Shown: positions 18,823-27,006 of the stretch, piece by piece
Position numbering within the stretch: the stretch's first letter is position 1
Layout: the number at the start of each line of letters is the position of its first letter
Assembly: GCA_965207735.1 (NCBI GenBank)
Contig: OZ242296.1
Location: 1,728,001-1,792,000 of the forward strand
From: Candidatus Versatilivorator sp.
Lineage (GTDB): Bacteria > Acidobacteriota > Terriglobia > Versatilivoradales > Versatilivoraceae
DNA: 64,000 nucleotides
Reading direction: 5' to 3'
Position numbers and translations under genes: made by a program
Notes under the pieces: model-generated
Told to the model about the DNA's origin: nothing
Database searches by the model: none
What the model saw: only the letters and a program-made list of their open reading frames with translations

Positions 18823-19357
18823 GAGCCATTTGCAAAATTCTTCGGTAAGCGGAATTGATTACCGGGAAGGGTTGTGATCCCCGGGAGGTCGCGTCTGCCC
18901 TCCTCTGGATCGACGGCGGGCGGAGCACTCTCGGGACGCCGCGTTGGCCCCCCTCCGGATCAGCCTTCGCCATTCGGCTCGGCTTCTCCGACTCCCCCTC
19001 AAGGGGGGAGTGATACTTGAGCGCTGAACCAGGCTCCTTGCCTGATTCCGGGGCATGATGTAAATGATGTTCTCGGTTTAGGGTGTCGAGGATGCCCCCC
19101 CGGGAGCGCGGGCGTCCCGCCCGCACCATGTCGGGCACAGCCTTGGCCATCTCCGCCACTCGGATCGACCCGGAACTGCGCCCTGGGTCTGCTTCGGTTT
19201 GACCGTTGAGGTTGCCGCCGACAGGCCGGCACCCTTCAGCACCGGACGAAGGCTCAGCGCCAGCCAAAGGAATGGGGCATAAGGATGCAGGCGGGACGCC
19301 CGCGCTCCCGGGGGGCTTTTGGGCGGCCCGTGCAGATCCGAATTTTGCAAAGGGCTC
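18823..19357. mobile_element. MITE carrying the TIRs of the neighbouring IS
   Basis: GAGCCATTTGCAAAATTC ... GAATTTTGCAAAGGGCTC with TTTT on both flanks; no transposase. Confidence 0.85.
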
Positions 19358-19512
19358 TTTTGTCTCTTGTCGTTTGTTTCAGACAAGCCGGCCCCCGCCC
19401 TGCCGTGCGGATCATTCGAGAGTGAAACAATCAGAAATCGACAATCCTTTCGCGAACTTGGTATCCCGTCGCGGTTAACCTCAGCGCCTTAGTGGCCCTT
19501 CGTCGTTCTTCG

Positions 19513-21506
19513 GTAGAGTCGAGGGGAGGCGCGCCGGCCTTAGATCGAGGGAGTCGCTGTTGCCGGCGGCTTTCGCCACTCGCCGGTGCCTCAATCTCGT
19601 TCCTCGCTGCGTTTCCTCGCCCCCGCTCGTCAAACCGGACGTGCGGTTTTCCCGCATCCGGCTTTCAGTCAAGATCATGCCTTCGCCCTCGGAAGGCTCT
19701 GTGGCTTCGACCCCAGGCAAGTGAGTCCATAGGTTTTCCATAGTCTCTCGTCCGAGAAGCGCACACTCCCCCCGGTCCTCACCTTGTGCTTCCGACAGAG
19801 CCACTGACGCAGCCGCCCGCCCGCGTGGCGGTCGATCGCTCGGTAGGCCGGGCTCACCTGCCCCAGAACGAAGTAGTTCGCCCACCCGGTCATCGCCCGG
19901 TTCAGGTGTTCTACCATCTGTCCTCGAAGCAGCGTCCCGTTCCTCGGCGCCGTCCACTCGCTGATCTTGCGGCAGATGCTCTGGACGCTCGCCTGGCTGG
20001 GTCGTGTGCCGATGTAGGCTCCTTTCCCTTTGGGGCGATAGTTGCGTCCGATGCGATATCCCAGAAACCCCATCGGTTCCTCCGGACACCGCAAGCATCG
20101 GGTCTTCCGCTCGTTGACCGGTAGCTTCAGCTCCTCCATGATCCGCTTGACCGCCGTCAGCATCTCTGCCGCCGGTGCCCTGCCGAGTACACGGAAGTCA
20201 TCCGCATAGTTGACGATCTCCGCACAGAAGCGCCGGGCATATCCCAGCACCTTCCAGCCCAAAACGAAGCGCCGCATGTAGAGATTGCTGAGCAACGGTG
20301 AGATCGGGGCTCCTTGCGGTGTCCCCTTCCGCTCCCGGCGCCCTCGGTTCCGGCGGCGTCTGCCACCCTTCCCGTCGTCCTCCTCCACCGGCATCTCCAG
20401 CCATGCCTTGATGAGCTTGAGCATCCTCCCGTCACTCACGCGCCGGGCAATGCTCCGAATCAGCTCCGCATGCGGAATCTCGCCGAAGTAGTTGGACAGG
20501 TCGCCGTCAACCACCTCCTGGTAACCCCTTTGCAGGAGTTCATGCACGCGTTTGACCGCGTCGTTGGCACTCCGCCCCGCCGATAGCCATATTGCTCCGG
20601 TTGCAGGTCCGCTTCGAAGATCGGCTCCAACACCAGCAAAGCCGCCGTCTGCGCTACCCGGTCCCGTATGCAGGGTATGCCCAAAGGCCGGAACTTGCCG
20701 GGCTGTTTCTTCGGGATCAGCACCTGCCGCACCGGCTTCGGTACGTAGGTTCCTTCCCTCAGATCCCGCGCCAGTTCCCCCAGCCAGCCCTCCACCCCAT
20801 ACGCCTCGATGTCCTTGAAGCCCTCCCCGTCCACCCCGGCCGACCCGCCGTTTCGGCGTACCTGTGCCCAGGCTTCCTTCAGAAAGTCCTCTCGCCACAC
20901 CTTGTCCGACAGCGCATGAAACCGCCGCTTGGGGTCCTCCTTCGCTTTCGCATGTAGCATGGTCTGGAATTTCCGAACCCCCTCTGACCCTGTTAGACTT
21001 TTGTCAGTGGCCACGCCTTGCCTCCTTTCCATGCTGCTCTCAACTCAGGGTCCCTTCCCTCCACCGGCGTTACCCGGCTTCTCCGGTACTACCGACCCAT
21101 CCGCCACCCTGACGGCCCGGCCTGCCCCTCGCGGGGTCCCGGTTGATGTGTGCCGCATCTCCCCCAGGGCTTCCCGTGTTGCTGCCTTCTTCCCCTTCCA
21201 TGCGTGCCAGCGTCACTACCCCGACGGAAGCGGATCGGTGCCCGCGTCGCTCTCTTCCCCATCCGCCAACGGCCTTCCCCTAAAGACAGGAGGGTCGGCT
21301 TCCGTATTGTCCGTTTCGAGGCCTGCTCGACGTTCACTCGCGTTCCGGCCCGCATGCTCGCTGAGCCGCCCTTGGCGGCCCTTGACGCCAGAGTGCTTCA
21401 GACCATTTCGTTACCTCCATGATCCGCCCTGGCTGCTACCAACCGGAGCGACAGTTGTTGGGCGGGGTTCGCACCCGCCAGAAGAAGGCGCCTTTCCACG
21501 GCGCAC
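19513..21506 (-). mobile_element. Group II intron (endonuclease-minus IEP)
   Basis: 5' end GTGCG at 21506. Domain V AAAGCCGGATGCGGGAAAACCGCACGTCCGGTTT (19665-19632). 3' end ...GACTCTAC at 19513. The flanks rejoin into an intact repeat unit. Confidence 0.93.
19675..21032 (-). pseudogene. ltrA: Group II intron reverse transcriptase/maturase, frameshifted near 20580
   Basis: Frame 1 carries GVDG, IPK, RPLGIPCIRDRVAQ, QYGYR. Frame 2 carries GRSANDA, DLSNYF, GTPQGAPISPLLSN, YADD, FLGY, GWANYF. About 1 nt is missing at TATCGGCGGGGCGG. Confidence 0.88.
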
Positions 21507-21536
21507 TGTCCCTTCGTGGATAAGTCTTTTTCTTAT

Positions 21537-23023
21537 GAGCCTTTTGCAAAATTCGCAGATAGCGGGAATTTTCACGTGGGGAAAGATCAAGGAGGGCAGG
21601 TGGAAGGAGGGGCAAGACCACTGTCTGTTGTATCATGAAGGTGTCTGAACCACATGATGAACGGAGGTGGAACTTGCCCCTTAGGGAAACCCTATCACGA
21701 CACTGGTTCCGGTTTCAACGAGAGCTGTTTCCCCTGCTGGAGGAAGTTTTGGGGCCTCTGGGAGAGCGTTACCAGCGGCTGGTGCAGGTATTGGAGTTGG
21801 TGCGGGTGGAGGAGTTGCTGCCTTACAGTCGGGGCTGGCGTGGCCGGCCGCTGGAGGATCGGGCAGTGCTGGCGCGAGCCTATCTGGCGAAGTCGATGCT
21901 GGAGGTGGCGACCACGCGGGGATTGGTGGAGCGGCTGAGGAGTGAGGGGAGGCTGCGGCGGCTGTGCGGCTGGGAGAGGGCGTGGGAGGTACCGAGCGAG
22001 TCGACCTTCTCGCGGGCCTTTGCGGAATTCGCTGAGAGCGACCTGCCGGGGCGTTTGCACGAGGCATTGCTGGAGGAGACGCTGAAGGGCCACTTGGCGG
22101 GGCATGTGTCGAGGGACTCGACGGCGATTGCGGGACGGGAAAAGCCAGCGGCCAAGGCTGCGCCGGAGGCCAAGCGGAAACGCCGGCGGGGCCGGCCGCC
22201 GAAGGGCGAGCGACGGCCCAAGCGGTTGAGCCGGCTGGAGCGGCAGGGGTCGATGACGCTGGAGGAAATGTTGAAGGAGTTGCCCAAGGCCTGCGACATC
22301 GGCGTCAAGCGCAACGCCAAGGGGCATCAGGAGAGCTGGACCGGCTACAAGCTACACCTCGACGCCATTGACGGCGGGATTCCGGTCAGTTGTCTGCTGA
22401 CCTCGGCCTCGGTGCATGACTCTCAGGCAGCCATTCCGCTGGCGACGCTGACGGCAAGGCGGGTCGAGAGTCTCTACGACTTGATGGACAGCGCCTACGA
22501 TGCGCCGGAGATCCGGGCCTTCAGTGAGAAGCTGGGGCATGTGCCGATTATTGACGTCAACCCCCGCCGAAGAGCTACCTTGAAAGCCGAGCGGAAGCGG
22601 GAGGCACTGGCCCGGCGCTGTATCGGCCAAGTGACTCCCGAGGCGCGGCGCTACCGGGAACGCTCGACGGTGGAGCGGGTCAACGGACGGCTCAAGGAGG
22701 AGTTTGGCGGGAGGCAGGTGAGGGTTCGCGGCCCCGACAAGGTGAGGTGCCACCTGATGTTCGGCATTCTGGCCCTGACGGTGGATCAGTTGATGCGCCT
22801 GACGCTCTGAAGACCGGGTTGCCACCCCCAACCGCACAGCAGGTTCGCCCGCCTCAAGGCCGGGAGAGGGTAAGCTGTGCCTGCGTCCGGCGACCGCTGG
22901 CCATCCGGCCATCAGATTCGGGCTTTTTCCTTCAAAAGGGTCTTTGCAGCTGGGTAGTCACCGCCGGAACATCACTGTTGCCAGCCCAATGTCATGCCCG
23001 ATTCCGAATTTTGCAAAAGGCTC
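21537..23023 (+). mobile_element. Insertion sequence (DDE, IS5/IS1182-like)
   Basis: Perfect 19-bp TIR GAGCCTTTTGCAAAATTCG; 4-bp TSD TTAT (21533-21536 and 23024-23027). Confidence 0.93.
21635..22810 (+). CDS. DDE transposase
   Basis: PSESTFSR, RDSTAI, GYKLH, SVHDSQ, MDSAYD, YRERSTVERVNGRLK. Confidence 0.93.
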   Translation: MKVSEPHDERRWNLPLRETLSRHWFRFQRELFPLLEEVLGPLGERYQRLVQVLELVRVEELLPYSRGWRGRPLEDRAVLARAYLAKSMLEVATTRGLVERLRSEGRLRRLCGWERAWEVPSESTFSRAFAEFAESDLPGRLHEALLEETLKGHLAGHVSRDSTAIAGREKPAAKAAPEAKRKRRRGRPPKGERRPKRLSRLERQGSMTLEEMLKELPKACDIGVKRNAKGHQESWTGYKLHLDAIDGGIPVSCLLTSASVHDSQAAIPLATLTARRVESLYDLMDSAYDAPEIRAFSEKLGHVPIIDVNPRRRATLKAERKREALARRCIGQVTPEARRYRERSTVERVNGRLKEEFGGRQVRVRGPDKVRCHLMFGILALTVDQLMRLTL

Positions 23024-23157
23024 TTATGTCTTTTTTCGGTTGTTTCAGGCAAGCCGGGCCCCCCGCCCTAGTGTGCGGATCATGCATAGAGTGAAACAAT
23101 CGGAAATCGACCATCCCTTCGCGAACTTGGCACCCCGTCGCGGCCAACCTCAGCGCC

Positions 23158-25380
23158 TTAGTGCCCCTTCGTCGTTCTTCGTGCCCCTTCGTGGATAAGT
23201 CTTTTTCTTTTGTCGTTTTGTCGTTTGTCGGTTGTTTCAGACAAGGCGAAAGCGACGTAGCTTCCGCCGGAGGGGGCTCCGCTCTTGCCTCCCCCGGCCG
23301 CAATCACCACGAACTGGCGCCCCGACACTTCATAGGTGGCCGGGGTTGCGTTTCCCGAGGCCGGTAGCAGAGTTTCCCACAATAGGCGTCCATCGGCCTT
23401 GTCGAAGGCCCGGAACTTGCGGTCGAAGTTGCTGGCGCCGATAAACACAAGCCCGCCCGCCGTCACAATGGGGCCGCCGTAGTTCTCCGACCCGGTCCCC
23501 ACCATTCCCCTTGCCGCCAGCTCCGGGATTTCACCCAAGGGAACCTGCCAGACGATCTCGCCCTTGTCGAGGTCGATGGCGTTGAGGATTCCCCAAGGCG
23601 GTTTCACTGCCGGGTAGCCTTCCGGATCCAGGAAGCGGTTGTAGCCGTCATGACCGTAGGGCAGGCGGTAGAGTGGCCTGCCGGCCCGGTCCGCGGGGAC
23701 CGAGGCGTCCTTGCCGTAGAGAACAAACCCCAGGATGGCCTCCAACGCGTCCTCCCCCAGGTGGGCAAAACCCGGCATGCGGCCCCCGCCCTGGCGCAGG
23801 GTCCGCCGCACCATCTCCTGCGAACGGCGTTTTCCCAGGTCCACCAGCGAGGGAAACTCCGGGGGGGCGCCGCTACGGTCCTGACGGTGGCAGCCGCTGC
23901 AGTTCCACTGGTAGAGCTGCTTGGCGGTGACGGGGCCGGCGACCGCTTCCCTCGCCACCAGCCGCAGGATCCAGGCCATCTCGCTGGAGTTGACATACAA
24001 CCGTCCCGATTCCGGATCGAAAGCTGCCCCGCCCCACTGCCCCCCTCCGTCGAAACCCGGAAAGAGAACGGTCCCCTCCAGACTGGGAGGAGTGAACTGG
24101 GGTCCGTTGCGCAGCTTGCGGAAGCGCTTCAACACCTCCCGGCGCGCTTCCGGAGTGCGGTCGGTTAACAGGTTTTCCGTCAGGTGCTGGCGGGCAAACG
24201 GAGGCGGCTTCGAAGGAAGGACCTGGGTGGCGGCCAGCCGTTCTCCCGGGACGCCGGCGACCGGAACTTTGACTTCCCTGAGCGGGAACAGCGGACGGCC
24301 GGTCACCCGGTCGAAGGTGAAGACGTGTCCGGACTTGGTGATCTGGGCCACGGCGTCAACCGGCCTGCCCTCCCTCACCACCGTCACCAGGCCGGGAGGA
24401 GCCGGCAGGTCCCTGTCCCACACGTCATGCCTGACCACTTGAAAGTGCCAGACCCGCTCGCCGGTTTCGGCCTTCAGGCAGAGCAACGAGTTGGCGAAGA
24501 GGTTGTGGCCGGAACGGTTCCCGCCGAAAAAGTCGAAAGCCGCCGAGCCGGTGGGAACGTAGACCAGGCCGCGCTGCTCGTCCAGGCTCATGCCGGCCCA
24601 GCTATTGGCCCCGCCGGCGGTTTTCCAGGCCTGCCCGGGCCAGGTTCGATGGCCCGGTTCGCCCGGACGGGGAATGGTTCGGAACCTCCAGCGGAGCTTG
24701 CCGCTGCGGGCGTCGTAGGCTCGAATGTCCCCGGGGGCGCTCGGCAGGCTCTCACCCACCGTGCTGCCGAGGATGAGCAGGTCCCGGTAGACAACCCCGG
24801 GCGTGGTCAGAGAAACGGTGATCGAATCGGGTGGCCGCCCCAGGTGGCGCCTCAGGTCGATAAATCCCCGATCCCCGAAGTCCAGGCAGGACTTGCCGGT
24901 GGCCGCGTCCAGGGCATAGAGCCGGTGCCAGTAGGAGAAGTAGATCCGTGCCTGGGCACCCCGGCTCCAGTACATCAATCCCCGAATGCGAACCCTGTCG
25001 CGGGGAGTCCCGCCCGGAATGGACGGCCGGAAAGACCAGATCTCCCTGCCGGTGGCCGCGTCAAGCGCGAAGACCCGCCCTCGGGGACTGGTGGCATACA
25101 GCCGCTCACCCACCACCAGGGGATTGCATTGCATCTCCGAGCCCGGAAAGGCATCCCCCGTATCGTAGGTCCAGGCGACCCGCAATCGGTGCAGGTTGCG
25201 GCGGTTGATCTGAGCGAGGCGGGAGTAGCGGATCTGCCGGTTGCCGCCTCCGTAGGCGCTCCACTGGTCGTGGCCCGCCCTGGGCAGTTCGCGGCCGGGT
25301 TTCCCGGTCCGTGCCAAAGGAACCCAGGCGACCGAAGCCGCAACCGCCAACAAACAGGCCAGCAGTGCACGGTTTTCCAT
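23158..25380 (-). CDS. PQQ-dependent (glucose-type) dehydrogenase with internal cytochrome c domain; C-terminus extended by repeat insertion
   Basis: Signal peptide, [54 protein letters not shown]. Confidence 0.9.
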   Translation of the reverse strand: MENRALLACLLAVAASVAWVPLARTGKPGRELPRAGHDQWSAYGGGNRQIRYSRLAQINRRNLHRLRVAWTYDTGDAFPGSEMQCNPLVVGERLYATSPRGRVFALDAATGREIWSFRPSIPGGTPRDRVRIRGLMYWSRGAQARIYFSYWHRLYALDAATGKSCLDFGDRGFIDLRRHLGRPPDSITVSLTTPGVVYRDLLILGSTVGESLPSAPGDIRAYDARSGKLRWRFRTIPRPGEPGHRTWPGQAWKTAGGANSWAGMSLDEQRGLVYVPTGSAAFDFFGGNRSGHNLFANSLLCLKAETGERVWHFQVVRHDVWDRDLPAPPGLVTVVREGRPVDAVAQITKSGHVFTFDRVTGRPLFPLREVKVPVAGVPGERLAATQVLPSKPPPFARQHLTENLLTDRTPEARREVLKRFRKLRNGPQFTPPSLEGTVLFPGFDGGGQWGGAAFDPESGRLYVNSSEMAWILRLVAREAVAGPVTAKQLYQWNCSGCHRQDRSGAPPEFPSLVDLGKRRSQEMVRRTLRQGGGRMPGFAHLGEDALEAILGFVLYGKDASVPADRAGRPLYRLPYGHDGYNRFLDPEGYPAVKPPWGILNAIDLDKGEIVWQVPLGEIPELAARGMVGTGSENYGGPIVTAGGLVFIGASNFDRKFRAFDKADGRLLWETLLPASGNATPATYEVSGRQFVVIAAGGGKSGAPSGGSYVAFALSETTDKRQNDKRKRLIHEGARRTTKGH

Positions 25381-25388
25381 GGTCCCTG

Positions 25389-26867
25389 TCAGACAGAGCG
25401 AAGCGAATAGAGTCTGGCCCGGCGCATCCGAAAGCGCAACCGCACCGGGCGGCCACTCCAGGCGGAGAGGTCCGACTCCCCTCTCCAGGTGACGGTGTGG
25501 TCGAGGTGGTCGCCGGAGATGGGATCGCAGTCTTCGAAAGCGCGGCCGGGAAGGGCGGGAGCATGAGTCCTGCGGTTGTCGCCCGAGGCATCGGCCACCT
25601 CCACCCGTATCTCACCGCCGAATCGGGTCCAGGCGTTGAGCACCAGGCGCGACCCGCTGAGAGCCAGGATCAGGGTGGAGCACCCACCCAGGGACTCCGC
25701 CTCCAGGGAGACGAACCCGTCCTGCCGCCAGCTTGCGGTCAATACGCCGGTCTCGGGACGGGAGTTGTCGAAGAAGAGGGTGTTGTGGGAGCCGCGCCGG
25801 GGCGAGTAAGGCAGCGACCACTCTCCCGGGGTCAGGCTGACCAGGCCGCAGCCGGCATAGGCGCCTCCCTCGGCTTCGGAACCCGGCTCGCCGGCCGGAA
25901 TGATCGGTCGCCGCAGGGGTCTTTGCCAGTTCAGACCGTCTCGGCTGATCATCAGGTGCACTTCGGCGAAGTCGCCCGTGTGGCGGTAGAAAGCCGGAAA
26001 CATCAGGTGGGCGTCGGCTCCGGGCCAGCGCGTATAGGAGTTTGTGTAGATGTCGGTGTCGGGGCCGTCGTGCATGTCGATCCCCACCAGTGGCCGGGGA
26101 GTCGGCCAGTGCTCGAAACGGTCCGTCTCCGCGTAGCTGATGATGCGGCGGGCGTGGGAGGTTCCATGCTCGTGGGCTGTCCAACCTCGGAAGTATCCGA
26201 CGTAGACTCCCCTTTCAGGATCGAATTCGACCACGCTCTGGGTATCGCTGAGGTAGTTCGCGATCAACGGCTCCTGGATCATTCTCCAGTGCAGCCCGTC
26301 GGAGGACAGGGCTCCGAAGACACAGAAACGGCCCTGGTGCGACCCCAGATGGACCATCTTGTAACGCTCCGGCGGAGGCGCCGAGGGGTCCTTGAAGACG
26401 GTGGCCCCGTGGGCGTCCCGGCCCGGTGAGGCATCCAGCCCGAAGACCAGGTTGTTGCGGCGCGATCCCCGGTAGGTCACCCTACCCAGCTCCGGCTTGA
26501 CCCAATGGATCCCGTCGCTGGACTCGGCATAGGCCATCACCCTCTGGGTTCCCACGTCCTCGTCCACCTCCAGCTCGCCGCTCAGGTCCCCGCTGTCGTA
26601 GTAAAGCCTCCAGCGCCCCTCGTCCTCCAGCAGAGTGCTGTATACCCCCAGGCCGGTACGGGCGTTTCCGGCCTCCCACGGCTTGTCGGCCGTCACCAGT
26701 GGAATGCGGTCCAGGCGAGGCGGATGGACTCTCAGGCGGACCCCATGGGGCATTTCCCAGCTATCGGGCCGTTGGCCGCCGAACGACAGACCGTAGCCCG
26801 GCTCGATCAGGTTCCAATCCACAAAGACGTGCTTGCGGCTTCCCAGCTGGAACGGCTTGTAGGTCAT
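25389..26867 (-). CDS. Five-bladed beta-propeller glycoside-hydrolase-like protein
   Basis: [31 protein letters not shown]; C-terminal DGFVSL...[14 protein letters not shown] sandwich. Confidence 0.7.
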   Translation of the reverse strand: MTYKPFQLGSRKHVFVDWNLIEPGYGLSFGGQRPDSWEMPHGVRLRVHPPRLDRIPLVTADKPWEAGNARTGLGVYSTLLEDEGRWRLYYDSGDLSGELEVDEDVGTQRVMAYAESSDGIHWVKPELGRVTYRGSRRNNLVFGLDASPGRDAHGATVFKDPSAPPPERYKMVHLGSHQGRFCVFGALSSDGLHWRMIQEPLIANYLSDTQSVVEFDPERGVYVGYFRGWTAHEHGTSHARRIISYAETDRFEHWPTPRPLVGIDMHDGPDTDIYTNSYTRWPGADAHLMFPAFYRHTGDFAEVHLMISRDGLNWQRPLRRPIIPAGEPGSEAEGGAYAGCGLVSLTPGEWSLPYSPRRGSHNTLFFDNSRPETGVLTASWRQDGFVSLEAESLGGCSTLILALSGSRLVLNAWTRFGGEIRVEVADASGDNRRTHAPALPGRAFEDCDPISGDHLDHTVTWRGESDLSAWSGRPVRLRFRMRRARLYSLRSV

Positions 26868-27006
26868 GAGCTGCCTCCAGTCCTCACGTGTGAGCCAGGA
26901 GCATACAACAACTGCCGGAATGCCCCGATCTCTTTATTCATGGCCCGCATCGCGGTATACTGCAGGAACATCGGAAAGAATCCCGGCCCCGATGCCGACA
27001 GTCCGC

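Larger units (their letters stand above)
18144..23245 (+). mobile_element. Array 1: three head-to-tail GRCAAG-core elements containing a nested MITE, group II intron and IS
   Basis: Cores GACAAG at 18144, 19382 and 23240 and GGCAAG at 23048; conserved left and right ends; removal restores the PQQ gene's stop codon. Confidence 0.8.

Noticed and set aside
19376-19428. GTTTCAG...GTGAAAC junctions resembling CRISPR repeats (also 23042, 58729, 59118)
   Set aside because: They are 53-56 bp and variable, the intervening sequences are long and themselves repeated, and no cas genes are present.
19675-21032. Retron, DGR or defence RT, or a programmed frameshift
   Set aside because: Group II intron ends and domain V are present; no TR/VR pair or msr-msd was seen, and there is no canonical slippery heptamer at the shift.
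17035-23245. Prophage
   Set aside because: Only the regulator pair is phage-like; downstream DNA is repeats, an intron and an IS.
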